Shown here: positions 42,219-55,264 of the stretch, piece after piece
Layout: every line of letters begins with the position of its first letter
Numbering within the stretch: position 1 is the stretch's first letter
Assembly (NCBI RefSeq): GCF_009914755.1
Contig: NC_060936.1
Source: the human T2T-CHM13v2.0 reference genome, Homo sapiens
DNA: 64,000 bases
Direction: 5' to 3' (one strand)
Program-made: the position numbers and the translations under genes
The notes under the pieces: model-generated
What the model was told of the DNA's origin: nothing
Seen by the model: the letters and a program-made list of their open reading frames with translations, nothing else
The model's database searches: none

Positions 42219-44941
42219 GGGGGAAAATCCAGTGATTAGAGATCTTAATGACAGCTGCAAAATCCCTTCACCTTTTCCTTATAATGTGATTGACATCCCG
42301 TTCCCTTCCCATTATTTTCCTTATTAGAAGTAGATCACAGATTCTGCCTATAGTCAAAGGAGGGGCCTATACAAGAGTGGGATTCCTTGTCGTATTAACC
42401 ATGTCTTCTAATTGACTCTTTTCTAATTGACTCCTATTTCTGAGACAAATAGGATGCAAAGTTGACAGCTATGACTGAGCATTGGAAGGGGATATTAAGG
42501 TATGAGGAAAAAGAAAAAGGTCAGAAATAGTCATATGAAGAAGGAGGAGAGAGAATGACTGATTTTGTGTGTTTCCTAGGCAATGTTGGGGCCCACTTGA
42601 GATTGGTCATAAATTTGATGTGAACATAGTTACCATTATTTTGTGTTTTCTCTTAGTCACGTTAGGCTTTGTAAGTTTTATAAAATGGAGTAGGCGGAGA
42701 GTTAAATGATAACTTATGAGAGTACAGAAAAGTGAGGAGTGGGGAGGTTGCTGATCATGGGGATTTAGATTGTTATCTGAAGGATAAACTAAATTGATTT
42801 TGTTTTCTCTGAATACCTAAAATTGTACTTTCACCTAGTATTCATTCAAAAAATAATTACTGAGTTTAAATTAATGAATTTGAACCAAGTACAGTACTGT
42901 AAGTCCAATGAGTATTTATTACTTATTTGATTATAATCATCAATTCCTTTACCTATTGAGAAAAATCTCAAATAGATTTGTCTAGAATGTTCATAATATG
43001 TAATAATTATCGGCATATTAAACATTCGAGTATTTAATGGCATCTTTTAATAATAAAAACAGTTTATGTCTTTCAGATCTTTTTCTTATCCCAGGGTACT
43101 TTTAAAATGCCAATATGATGAATATGAAATATAATTAAAATGTCTCAAAATATATTTAGTCACTTTTACAAACTTGGTGTTAAAAAAAATCTGTATTCAA
43201 ATCAGATATTGTTAACGTATATGTTTTGAATAGTTTTCTCCTCTTAGTATCTAAAACATCATTGTCTGAATGCATCTTTCGTATAGCATCTGAAGATGAT
43301 GGCCCATGCAGAGTGCTAATGGTGATCAGCTGTGGGAGCTGGATCCCTCTAGGCAAATATTTAAAATGAATCTACTAAGCAAAGCATAGTATGTCACAAT
43401 GCAGTGGGACGAGTAGTAGGAGTTTATTTATTGAGAGAACAAGGACAATCAGCTGAAAGTGCAACAGAGACGGAATATGTTTAAGAGCAGAAAAGAAGCA
43501 AGCAGGTCAAAGAGGTTTTAAGGTATTCATATACCGTCAATAGAGTTACTGAAGTCAAGCGCCTCGTTTAATACTTATATTAATAGTTTAAACTGTTAGG
43601 TAATGTCAAAATTTTTGCATCTAGAAAAACAACTTTCTAAATAATGCTCTAGTAACCCAAAAGACTTATATTCCACAAAGTTAATTTAATGTCACTAATG
43701 TAGTCACTAAGGCTCAACAGAATAGACTATCCTATTGAAACGGCAAAGTCTTGGCTTCACCTAGATGTAAAATGCTATCCTAATCTAATGCTCACAATCT
43801 ATAACAACTATTAATTTTTAGTCTAGTATATGTGAGACTATACATTGCTCCATAATAATGTGTTTGGTTCGCATAATACCTGTAATAATTGCAAACAAAA
43901 TGATGAAAAACAAAGAAATTGATAATTATTAATATTAATATTTTTTAAGTTCCTGAACAATAGTCATAAAACCAACTGAAAAAAATGGCATGGATGACGA
44001 AGAAAATACCTTATTCAAAAATCATGACACTAATGGGAGGGAAGGAAAAATTTAGAGAAAGAGAAAGCAAAACCACAGTGATTGTCTCCTAAAAAGAGCA
44101 TTTAAAAAATTATAGGCAAAGAACAGATTTCTTTTCTGTTTCAAGAATTATAATTTATATAACTTGATACTGTAATTTTTTAGATCAAGCACACTTGATC
44201 ATTTTCCTCATTTGTACTTTTTCTGCATGCTTGCCTGATACTTTTTATCATTTAATTACCTTATCAATCACTTTTCCTCTTTTAGTTCTTAAGTACTACC
44301 AAAAATCATCTTCACAGTGTTGGAAAGCAAAATTGATGTGCTCTTCTTCCATCTCTTTTTTTTTAACTAGCAAGGACTGAGCCCAACATAGCTTAAATTT
44401 TCTATTAGATTTTAACAGGGTGGTTAAGTGTTTATTAAACTTTCACCTTTCTAGCTTGTAGTTGTAGAAATCTAGTTGAAGAAATATAATTAAAAGAACA
44501 AAAATGAAAATGATGTATTAGAGCAATCAGAAGAAACTGAGCATGCCTCTAGTGGTTTAGTTTCTTAATTGCAGCCAACCAAGGACAAGCTAATAAAGAA
44601 ACTTAAGAGAAACAGACAGAGAGACATACACATGCAGATGCAATTAATAATTTCAGGAAATTATTAATTTCTGGTTGGTTTACTATGATGATTCACAGAC
44701 ATATTTATAAGAAGTATAAGCAAATGAACTTCAATGCTTAATATTGCCACCCACAGATTTGTTATTTTTTTCTGTGGCTATTCAGTTTTGAGAGATAATT
44801 CATTTTGATGTTTCAGGGTCAGAAAATATGCTGAAATCATTGTTTTGTCTGTGTGGTTTATTTCAACAAATATTTAATTATTTTAAAATACCAGACACTA
44901 GGTAGGGGCTAAAGATTCCAAATAAAAAAATAGTGCACTTT

Positions 44942-45275
<334 letters not shown>

Positions 45276-45319
45276 TTAAAAAAAGTGCACTTTAGAAGAC
45301 TTGCCTTCACAGGGTACTT

Positions 45320-45568
45320 CAGATATCCTGGAGAGTATCTTGGAACAGAAAAACAGACCAAGGGAAAACTAGTAAAATTCATATAAAATGTTATGTTTAG
45401 TTAATAGAAATATACTGATATTGGTTCTTTGGTTATAACAAATGTACCACAGTAATATAAGATATTAATTACAAGGGAGACTGGGTGAGAGATCTAGACA
45501 ACTCTCTGTCTTTGTAACTTTTCTGTAAGTCTGACACTATTCTAAAACATAAAGTTTATTTATAAAAA
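45320..45568 (+). mobile_element. L1MC/MD-type 3' end
   Basis: atcttggaacagaaaaa...acaaatgtaccacagtaatataagat...aacttttctgtaagtctg...taaagtttatt. Confidence 0.7.
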
Positions 45569-45574
45569 GGTATT

Positions 45575-47080
45575 AAAAGGTGGAAAGAAAGCTGAGACTT
45601 TTTATATAGTGGCAGATTAGCAATACTGTCTTCTGCAATAACCTGGAAAATAGAAAGTGTACCTAATAAACTTGTGGATATGGCTGAGAAAGTTTCCACG
45701 CAGAATACTACTCTTTTCTTTAAGTAATCAAAGAGAATAGAAAATGTCTGAAGAAAGAAATGATTTCATTCTTAAGTAGAATTTAGAAAAAATAAATAAG
45801 GCCTAACAATTTTTTTTCAGATAGCAAAATGGTTCTTGAATTAAGAAATGATCACAGGGTGCAAATCAAATCCGTGGTAATAAAATATGGTCTTAGTGGG
45901 AGTTAAAATGGATTCAAGGTGAAATTTTTAAATCCTTTGCAAGTGTTGAGAAAGTGTCCATTCATAAACCATTTTAGCCAGACAAAAATTCTGTAAAAAT
46001 CTTAAAGGAAAACCTAACAGAACCTCACCACTAAGATTCTGTTAATCTGTCTAAATATCTGTTAAGATTTTCAGAATCTTAAATCCATTTTTTAACAACA
46101 GACTCACACCAGGTTCAAGGTAGGACATAGCCCTATCTTGAAGAATTTTTTCAGGTGTGATTATGAAATGGATAAAAATTTAAAATAGAAGATGTGCACA
46201 ATTCTTTTTTTTTTTTTTTTTTATCTGGAGACAGAGTCTCTCTGTGTCACCCAGGCTTGACTGTAGTGGTGTGATCTTGGCTCACTGCAACCTCTGCCTC
46301 CTGGGGTTCAAGAGATTCTCCTGCCTCAGCCTCCCAGCTGGGATTACAGGTGCTCACCACCATGCCTAGCTAATTTTTGTATTTTTAGTAGAGATGGGGA
46401 TTTGCCATGTTGGCCAGCCTGGTCTTGAACTCCTGACCTCAGGTGATCCACCCACCTTGACCTCCCAAAGTGCTGGGATTACAGGCGTGAGCCACTGTGC
46501 CCAGCCCCCTAATTTTGTTTTAATGAATTATGCATCAACTTTGAAAGGGGCAGCAGTAATGCAAATTTTAAAAAGGGCTATTGACCCTCAGTCTACCATG
46601 GGCAGAAAGCAGAATGAGAGAATTACTCAGTGTAAAGCGGGTTATTTCTTATGGAAAAAGAAAGATATTTCAGAGGGAATAATCAAGAATATGGAGGACA
46701 TAGCAAAGAGATATGGTAATTTTTTTCCCAGGAGGCCTCATAAGAGATTCCAAACAAAGAACTGACATCATGGGCCCAGGTGAATTTCAGAATTTCTATG
46801 AGTCAGTGACTGCAGTGAGCTTTTTCACTTTCCCTTTTTGAATGGGAGTGTATATTAAAATTATTTTATTTCTCTCACACCATTGTATGGTCTTAAGATT
46901 GAGAAAAACCATACCCAATGTACTTCATTAGCGTCAGGAATTTATTTAGATGACAAAATCTTGGACCATGAATCTGAATCTGATATCATAATAGAATAAG
47001 CCTTCTGGCATTTTAAGAGGATGTCCATGTATTGTTCATGAGGAAAAATTGTAAATAATATGTGATTAGAAGGCAAACGC
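45575..47080 (+). mobile_element. MaLR internal region (MLT1-int), interrupted by an Alu
   Basis: tatatagtggcag...ctgcaataacctggaaaatagaaa...cctaataaacttgtggatatggctgag; leads into an MLT1 LTR. Confidence 0.65.
46204..46506 (-). mobile_element. AluS-type SINE
   Basis: Poly-T plus a full reverse body (gacctcaggtgatccacccacc). Confidence 0.9.
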
Positions 47081-47104
47081 TGGCATATTAAAATTTTTCA
47101 ATTA

Positions 47105-47140
47105 GTCCGGCTAACTCACTTGGTAGAACATGAGACTGTA
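47105..47140 (+). pseudogene. 5'-half tRNA-Lys(CTT) retrocopy, tailless
   Basis: gtccggctaactcacttggtagaacatgagactgtaaa matches the recalled tRNA-Lys-CTT 5' half GCCCGGCTAGCTCAGTCGGTAGAGCATGAGACTCTTAA at 31/38; flanked by degenerate direct repeats. Confidence 0.7.
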
Positions 47141-47167
47141 AAAAGTGTTCAAGTTTTTTAATGATTT

Positions 47168-47868
47168 TTTTTATTTCCATAGGTTATTGGGGAACTGGTT
47201 GTTTGGTTACATGAATAAGTTCTTTAGTAGTGATTTGTGAGATTTGGGTGCACCCATCACTTGAGCAGTATACACTGCACCCAATTTATGGTCTTTCATC
47301 CCTCACCCCCTTCCCACCCTTTCCTCCTGAGTCCCCAAAGTCTATTGTGTGATTCCTACATCTTTGCATCCTCATAGCTTATTAGCTCCCACTTATGAGT
47401 GAGATAATGTGATGTTCGTTTTTCCACTCTAAGTTACTTCACTTAGAATAATAGTCTTCAGTCTCATCCAGGTTGCTGAGAATGCCATTAATTCATTCCT
47501 TTTTATGGCCGAGTAGTATTCTATCATATGGATATATATATATATATACACACCACAGTTTCTTTATCCACTTGTTGATATATGGACATTTGGGTTGGTT
47601 CCACATTTTTTCAATTGCAAATTGTGCTGCTATACACATGTGTGTGCAAATATCTTTTTTGTGTAATGACTTATTTTCCTCTGAGTAGCCACCCAGCAGT
47701 GGGATTGCTGGATCAAATGGCAGTTCTATTTTTAGTTTTTTAAGGAATCTCCACACTGTTTGCCATAGTGGTTGTACTAGTTTACATTCCCACCAGCAGT
47801 GTAGAAGTGTTCCCTTTTCACTGCATCCATGCCAACATCTATTACTTTTTGACTTTTTGATTATGGCT
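47168..47868 (-). mobile_element. L1PB1-like LINE-1, 3' segment of a 5'-inverted insertion
   Basis: L1PB 3' UTR on the minus strand, ending at ...ttttgattatggct where the orientation flips. Confidence 0.9.
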
Positions 47869-50148
47869 AATACCAAAACCAGGAAAGAACATAACCAAAA
47901 AAGAAAACTACAGGCCAATATCCATGAAAAACATGACGCTAAAATCCTTAACAAAATACTAGCTAACCAAATCTGACAACATATCAAAAAATAATAATAA
48001 TCCATCACGACCATGTGGATTTCATACCAGCGATGCAGGGATGTTTTAACATATACGAGTCAATAAATGTGATAACACCACATAAACAGAATTAAAAACA
48101 AAAATCACATGATTATCATAATAAATGCAGAAAAAGCATTCAACAAAATCCAGGCTCTCTTTATGATTAAAACTGTCATCAAAATCGGCATACAAGGGAC
48201 ATATCTCAATGTGGTAAAAGCCATCTATGAAAAACCCACAGCCGACATAACACTGAATGGGGAAAAGTTGAAAGCATTCCCTCTGAGAATTGGAAAAAGA
48301 CAAAGATTCCCACTCTCTCCACTCCTCTTTAACATCATACTGGAAGTCCTAGCCAGAGCAATCAAACAAGAGAAAGAAATAAAGGGCATTCAAGTAAGTA
48401 AAGAGGAAGTCAAACTGTTGTTGTTTGCTGATGATGTGATTGTTTACCTAGAAAACCCTAAATACTCCTCCAAAAAGCTCCTAAAACTGGTAAATGAATT
48501 CAGCAAAGTTTCAGGATACAAAATCAATGTACGCAAATCAGTAGCTCTACTATACACCAACAGTGGCCAAGCTGAGAATCAAATCAAGAACCCAACCGCT
48601 CTCACAATAGCTGTAAAAAAATAATAGTAAAATACTTGGGAATATACCTAACTAAGGAGGTAAAATACCTCTACAAGAAAAACTACAAAACAATGCTAAA
48701 AGAAATCATAGGTGACACAAACAAATGGAACACATTCCATGCTTATGGATGGGTAGAATCAATATTGTGAAAATGACCATAGTGCCAAAAGCAATCTACA
48801 AATTCAATGCATTCCCATCAAAATATCACCAGCATTTTTCACAGAATTTGAAAAAACAATCCCAAAATTCATATGGAACCAAAAAAGAGCCCGCATAGTC
48901 AAAGCAAGACTAAGAAAAAAGAACAAATCTGGAAGCATCACATTACCTGATTTCAAACAATACTATAAGGCCATAGTCACCAAAACAGCATGGTGCTGTT
49001 GTAAAAGTAGGCACATAAACCAATGGAACCGTGCCGCTGAATCTGTTCTGCAGACTCTGGCCAAGCGACGGATGACAGGAGTATGCTGACACAGGTATTT
49101 TACCTGACAGCGCGGCTAGGGGACTGCTGCTTAGCACCACCAACAAGAGTGCAGCAGTAGCAGCAGCAGCCCTCATAAGCCAGAGACGCTCGCATTTATT
49201 TAGTACAGATTTAATAACAAAGGCTTGGTGCAAACACAATTTGTGGGTCATTAACACTGTCGACCCCCCTAGTAGAGAGCAGTCCTGGGGGCCAACAATC
49301 AAAGGTTGGTTTCTGGAGCATAAGTAAACAGATTTATCTAGATAAGTTCCTTTACATTTCCTTGTTATCTGCCCTTTGCTCTCAGCCCCCAGAGAAGAGA
49401 ATTTGGCTGCCTTCAGCCATAATCCTTGCCGGAAGCTTTTGCAAAACCTCCCAGCCTTCCAAGAAGGTTTGCATCTTTCCCTGTAACTTTTTTTCTTACA
49501 ACTTTTCCCACCACTCTGACCAAACTCCTACAGAACAGCATAGAGCACCCAGAAATCAAATACTTTCAGCCAACTAATCTTCAACAAAGCAAACAAAAAC
49601 ATAAAGTGGTGAAAGGTCACCCTATTAAACAAATGGTCCTGGGATAATTGGCAAGCCACATGTAGGAGAATGAAACTAGATTCTCATCTCTCAACTTATA
49701 AAAAAATCAACTCAAGATGGATCAGGGATTTAAATCTAAGATCTAAAACTATGAAAATTCTGGAAGATAACATTGGAAAACCCCTTCTAGACATTGGCTT
49801 AGGCAAGGATTTCATGACCAAGAAACCAAAAGCAAATGCAACAAAAACAAAAATAAATAGCTGGGACTTAATTAAATTAAAGAGCTTTTGCATGGCAAAA
49901 GGAACAGTCAGTAGAGTAAACAGACAACCCAAGAGAGGGAGAAAATCTTCACAGTCTATACATCTGACAAAGGACTAATATCCAGAATCTACAACAAACT
50001 CAAACAAATTAGCAAGAAAAAAGCAAGCATGCTAAGGACATGAATTGACAATTCTCAAAAGAAGATATACAAATGGCCAATAAACATATGAAAAAAATGC
50101 TCAGCATCAATAATTATCAGGGAAATACAAATCAAAACCATAATGAGA
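47869..50148 (+). mobile_element. L1PB1-like LINE-1, inverted ORF2 segment
   Basis: RT remnants (AEKAFNKIQ; [18 protein letters not shown]; [14 protein letters not shown]) on the plus strand, ending caaaaccataatgaga. Confidence 0.9.
49032..49532 (-). mobile_element. solo LTR, probably LTR22 family (HERV-K HML-5), nested in L1 ORF2
   Basis: 501 bp with TG...CA ends on the minus strand (TGTAGGAGTTTGGTCAGAGTGGTGGG...GATTCAGCGGCA), an AATAAA, and a 6-bp TSD gaaccg/gaacag. Confidence 0.8.
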
Positions 50149-50159
50149 TTTTTTTGATG

Positions 50160-50740
50160 ATTTTTCTATTGAGAAAGCTCTATTGTGTCTTCCCTTAAAT
50201 ATGGGTAGGATCTGTGACAATTCTGGTCAATGGAATATGGTGGAAGTTGAGGCTCTGGAGAGTTCTAGACCCAGACCTTTACAGACTGTTATTTAACACT
50301 TACCGTCTCTCAAATCACTCACTCTTTAGGAAGCAAGACACTAGATACAAATTCCAGCCTTGTTGAGATTGCCATACTATGAAAAATTCCAAACTAGTAA
50401 TGTGGTGTGACTCCCTGGAGAAAGAACAATGCTGCTCAGTCCCCAGCTATTCCAGCAATTTCATTCCAGGTAGCAGACAAGTAAGTGAAGGAGATATATG
50501 GGGTATTTCAGCCTCAGGAGATGCATAGTGGAGAAAAAAGACCCACAATATATGTACCTAATTGGGCTATTGTATCCATTTTCACATCTCTGAGACACCC
50601 CAGGTGTCATGGAGCAGACATTATGAGCCATTTCTACTGTAGCATGCTGAAATTCTGAATCATGTACATAATAAAAATGTTATCTCTTTATTCCACTGAT
50701 TTGTGGAGAATTTTGTTAGGCAGCAACAGATAAATGGAAG
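50160..50740 (+). mobile_element. MLT1G/H-type MaLR LTR (remainder after the L1 insertion)
   Basis: gtcaatggaatatggtggaagt...gagattgccatactatg...aaattctgaatc...ttgttaggcagcaacagataa. Confidence 0.75.
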
Positions 50741-51501
50741 ACTACCTCATGCTATATAAAGTCATTAGAAAATTGTCTGCAACATAGTAATTATTTCATA
50801 ACTGTTATATAAAAATAAAATAAGAATAATTTTTGCCCTCCTCTTCAATCTATGCTTACATCCAAGGAAGGATTGAGATTTTAGATGGCTTTTGAATGTC
50901 CAAATATCTATAAACTGGACCTCCTGTAATAATTTAATTTTCAGTAGGTTGACTTAGAATTTCTTTGTTGAGCAAATTTGCAGCTGAAATTTGCACCTCT
51001 GTAATTACAGAACTAGGTGAGAAATGCGAAGAATATTCAGATAAACAAAAAGTTTCTTTAGTATTTATGGTAGATAATAAAGATTATCATTTTCTAAGAG
51101 CAAACATACAGTTGGATATGGAAAATCTAAACTATGTCATTCTTATAACACTCCTCAACACCCCCTTTTATGTCTCAGCTTTCCACTGACAGTCATATGG
51201 ATATAAATATACACAAATATGTCAGGAATAAACTATAAAATTGATTGAAGAGGACTTATGATGTTATAGTAATCTTAGAAATATATAAAATACTTGTGGC
51301 AATCTCTCTTTCTGAGTTTATTTTAGTCAAGAACATTTTATTCAAGTAAAGATTTGGTATTATGCCATGAGAGAAATACATCATGTGCCAAATAAAATTG
51401 CCTATGGCTATCTTATACAAAATAACTCTATTTTCTTTCAGCAATTCTAAGATACCAATAATCTCAACAAAAGAGATGGTTGGTCTTGAAAACCATGCCA
51501 G

Positions 51502-51608
51502 TGTGAACCTGGGAGGTGGAGCTTGCTGTGAGCCAAGATTATGCCACTGCACTCCAGCCTGGGCAACAGAGCGAGACTGTCTCAAAAAAAAAGAAAAAAG
51601 AAAAAAAA
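51502..51608 (+). mobile_element. 5'-truncated AluY-type fragment with 14-bp TSD
   Basis: Last ~80 nt of an Alu plus A tail; TSD gaaaaccatgccag at 51488-51501 and 51609-51622. Confidence 0.92.
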
Positions 51609-51699
51609 GAAAACCATGCCAGATTAATAAGATTTATTGACTCAAAGAGGGACTTGAGTTTATTCTACAATGGTTGACTAGTTTCTGACTTGAAGCAAG

Positions 51700-52395
51700 T
51701 TTATTTATTTATTCAATAAATACATTTAGCACGGTTATATGCTAGACTCTCTTCTAGACAGAAAAGAAATATTAGTAAAAAAGACAACATTCTTACTCCC
51801 ATGGAGCTTAAGTACCAGTGAGGAAGAAAAACAATATAACAAATAAATAGGCATATAATGTAATGAAAAATACAATAGGTTCTATTATAAAAGTGAAGAA
51901 ATATTAAAAGAATGAAGCAAGATAGAGATTTTATGCCATTTTAGATATCATGGTCAAGAGATGTGCTGCCATTTTAGATATGATGGTCAAATTGAAAACT
52001 TTTAGAGCAGTTGACATTGAAACAGAACCTTGTATTAGACAGCATAATATATATATGATATATATTAAGATATATATTATGTATTAAGATATATATAATA
52101 TATATTAAGATATGTATAATATATATTAAGATATATATTATATATTAAGATATATATACACATATATATCTTATCTATACATATATATATATATATCTTA
52201 ATATATGAAGACAAACCTTTCAGACAAAACAGAAGGACTTGCTATTCTTGGAAAACTGCAAGGGGGCCAGTGGGTCAGGAGCATAGTGATTAAAGGGAAG
52301 AGATATTATATGACAGCTAGGAGAGGTAACAAAAGCCAAGTCTTGTAAAGGCTTGAAAATAAAGGAAAGAATTTTGATTTTATTCTAAGGGAGGT
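51700..52395 (-). mobile_element. L2 relic (continues at ~54900-55200)
   Basis: attcaataaatacatttagcac; cttactcccatggagctta; gaattttgatttattctaag-like motif. Confidence 0.7.
52045..52207. repeat. AT-rich ~21-bp minisatellite with an inverted terminal unit
   Basis: Five (a/g)tattaagatat units followed by the reverse complement atatatcttaatatat. Confidence 0.9.
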
Positions 52396-52399
52396 TATC

Positions 52400-52660
52400 A
52401 ATCAGTTAGACATTGCTATGTAATGTTGTAATCCAAAACCCCATGGCTTAAAGCACCAGGCATACTTAGCTCATAAACCTGCTGTTCATCTGGATAGTTT
52501 ACCTCATTTTGGCTGGACTTTCTCATGTATCAGTGCTCAGCTAGTAGATCAGTCTGGGTGCTGGCTTTTCTAGGGTGGCCTCACCTGAGATTACTAGGGT
52601 GCAGTCCGTATGGTCTCTCATCCTTATAAGACTAGGCCTGTTCTCATAGCAAGTAAGGTT
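52400..52660 (-). mobile_element. MLT1 LTR part (remainder at ~54760-54900), split by L1MA
   Basis: atcagttagacattgctatgtaa...tggcttaaagcacc; resumes cagactccactttttgatggcagcagctgcaaagttacatt. Confidence 0.65.
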
Positions 52661-52669
52661 TAACAGTAA

Positions 52670-54742
52670 ATTCATGGATGGGCAGAATGAATATTGTTAA
52701 ATGACCATACTCCCAAAGTGGTCTACAGATTTAATGCAATCTCTATTAAAATATCAATTACATTCTTCACAGAAATTAAGAGAAAAACAATCGTAATTCT
52801 TACATGGAACCACAAAAGATCCCAAATAGCCAAAAGCAATCCTCAGCAAAAGAAAACAAAGCTGGAAGCATAATAGTACCTGACTTTAAAACATACTACA
52901 AAGCTCTAATAACCAAAACAGCATGGTACTTGCATAAAAATAGACATGTAGACCAATAGAACAGTAAACTCAAAAATGAACCCACATATTTACAGCCAAA
53001 CGATTTTTGACAAAGATGCCAAGTACATATTTTGGGAAAAGGACAGACTTTCAATAAATGATGCTGGGAAATTGAATATTCGTATGCATAAGAATGAAAC
53101 TTGACTCTTCCCTTTCACCATCTATAGAAATCAACTCAAAACCGAATAAAAACTGAATGTAAGGCTGAGCATGGTGGCTCACACTTGTAATCCCAGCACT
53201 TTGGGAGGCTGAGGCAGGCAGATCACTTGAGGTCAGGAGTTCAAGACTAGCCTGGCCAACATGGTGAAATCCCATCTCTACTAAAAATACAAAAATTAGC
53301 TGGGTGTGGTTGTGCACACCTGTAATCCCAGTTACCTGGGAGGCTGAGGCAGAATTGCTTGAACCCAGGAAGTGGAGGTTGCAGTAAAATGAGATTGCAC
53401 CACTGTACTGGTGCAACAGAGCGAGACTCCCACTTAAAACAGAAATAAAAACAAACAACAAAAACAAAAAAAAACTTAATGTAAGACCTGAAACCTTGAA
53501 ACTACTAAAAGACAACATAGGGTAAATGCTTTAAGACATTGGTCCAAAGAAAGATTTTATAGATAAGACCTCAAAAGCAAACGTAACAGAAGCAAAAATA
53601 GACAAATGGGATTATATCAAACTAAAAAGCTTCTGCACAGCAAAGGAATCAACAGAGTGAAGAGATAATCAGCATAATGGGAGAAAATGTTTGCAAGCTA
53701 TTCATCCGACAGAAGAAACTCAAACAATCCATAGCAAAACCAAAAAATATCCAAATAATCAAATTTAAAAGAGGGACAAATAATCTGAATGAACCCTTCT
53801 CAAAAGAAGATAAACTCTAGCCAATAAATATGTAAAAATGCTCGAAAGCATCAGAGAAATGCATTTCAAAACCACAGTGAGATATCAACTCATCCTAGGT
53901 ATAATGTCAATTATCAAAAAATGAAAAATTAATAAGTGCTGGCAAGGATGCAGAGAAAAGGGAGCCCTTATACACCTCTGGTAGGAATTAAAATTAGTAC
54001 AGTGGTTATAGAAAATAGTATGGAGATCTCTCAATAAACTAAAAATAGAGCTACCATATAATCAGCAATCACACTCCTCGGTATATATCCAAAGAAAAGG
54101 AAATCAATATGTTAAAGAGATATCCATACTCCCATGTTTATTGCAATATTATACAATAAGGTAAATATAGAATCAACATAGGTGTCCATCAATAGATGAC
54201 TTGATAAAGAAAATGTGGTGTATATACCCAATAGAATACTATTTGGTCACAAAAAAGAATGAAATCCTGTCATTCATAGCAACATGGATGAACCTGGAGA
54301 ACATTATATTAAGTAAAAATAAAGCCAGGAACAGAAAAATAAATACTGTATGTTCTCACTCATATGTGGGAATTAAAATTGCTCTCATAGAAATAAAGAG
54401 TAGAACTATGGGTGTTGGAGGCTGGAATGGGTCTCAGGAAGAGATGGGTAATGAAAGTTTGAGTTAGAGACAATTCCAGCTAGACAGGAAGAATAAGTTC
54501 TAGTGTTTTTTAGCACGGTGAGGTGACTTTAGGCAGCAATAATTTATTGTACATTTTCAAATAGCTAGAAGAGAAGATTTTGAAGTTCCTAACACAAATA
54601 AATGAAAATGTTTGAGGTGATGGATATGCTAATTACCCTGATTTGATCATTACACATTGTGCACCTATAAGGTAATATCACACTATACATAAATATGTAC
54701 AAACAATTATTAGGAGTCCTTTAAAATAATAAAAATTTTTAA
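52670..54742 (+). mobile_element. L1MA-type LINE-1, distal ORF2 plus 3' UTR
   Basis: ttcatggatgggcagaatgaatattgttaaatgacc; aaactaaaaagcttctgcacagc; 3' UTR caaatagctagaagagaagattttg. Confidence 0.88.
53163..53470 (+). mobile_element. AluSz-type SINE nested in L1MA
   Basis: gatcacttgaggtcaggagttc; flanks aaaaact(g/t)aatgtaa. Confidence 0.9.
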
Positions 54743-55264
54743 AAGCCTGAATGCAGAAAGCCAGAAGGCCTTGATGTCTCTTCTGATTCAAAGAATGGGA
54801 AGACAGACTCCACTTTTTGATGGCAGCAGCTGCAAAGTTACATTATACAGTGTATGGAAAAATGAAGAATTTAGATAATTTTTGTATTCTGTTGACAACA
54901 GGATGCCATAGGAAATTGAGAAAGTGGCATTGGAAGAAATGGTAAGTTTCTGATGAGTTCCATTTTAAATGTGTTGAGTTTGTAATTCCTATAGTATTTC
55001 CAAGTCATGATATCTAGGAACTGGTTAGAAATATACATCTTGATTTAGGAGGAGGGTTCTGAGCTGGATATAAATATCTTAGAGTTATAGAAATATGTTT
55101 TGTAAATAGAGCCCAAGATGTAATTGAGATCTTCCAGAGAAGGGTATATAATTAGCAAAGAAAAATGAGAGGAGACAAAAAGATTTGATGAGAGGAAAGG
55201 CCAAAGATATAATCTAGGTATATGAATAATTCTTAAACCAAACTTAAGTATATTTCTGTTTTAT

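Larger units (their letters stand above)
41592..42380 (-). mobile_element. MLT1E-like MaLR LTR interrupted by an L1MA fragment
   Basis: ttttctattgttgcata...ttaccacaaacttag; cagacccacccagg...gattaact, resuming tgattagagatcttaatgacagctgcaaaatcccttcacc. Confidence 0.75.

Noticed and set aside
43287-43355. Peptide SEDDGPCRVLM resembling a Kunitz-domain start
   Set aside because: Similarity covers only ~8 residues, the remaining Kunitz cysteine pattern is absent, and there is no good donor.
48109-48624. 171-aa reverse-transcriptase-like ORF
   Set aside because: Fragment of L1 ORF2 in a truncated, inverted, LTR-interrupted element; not an independent RT system.
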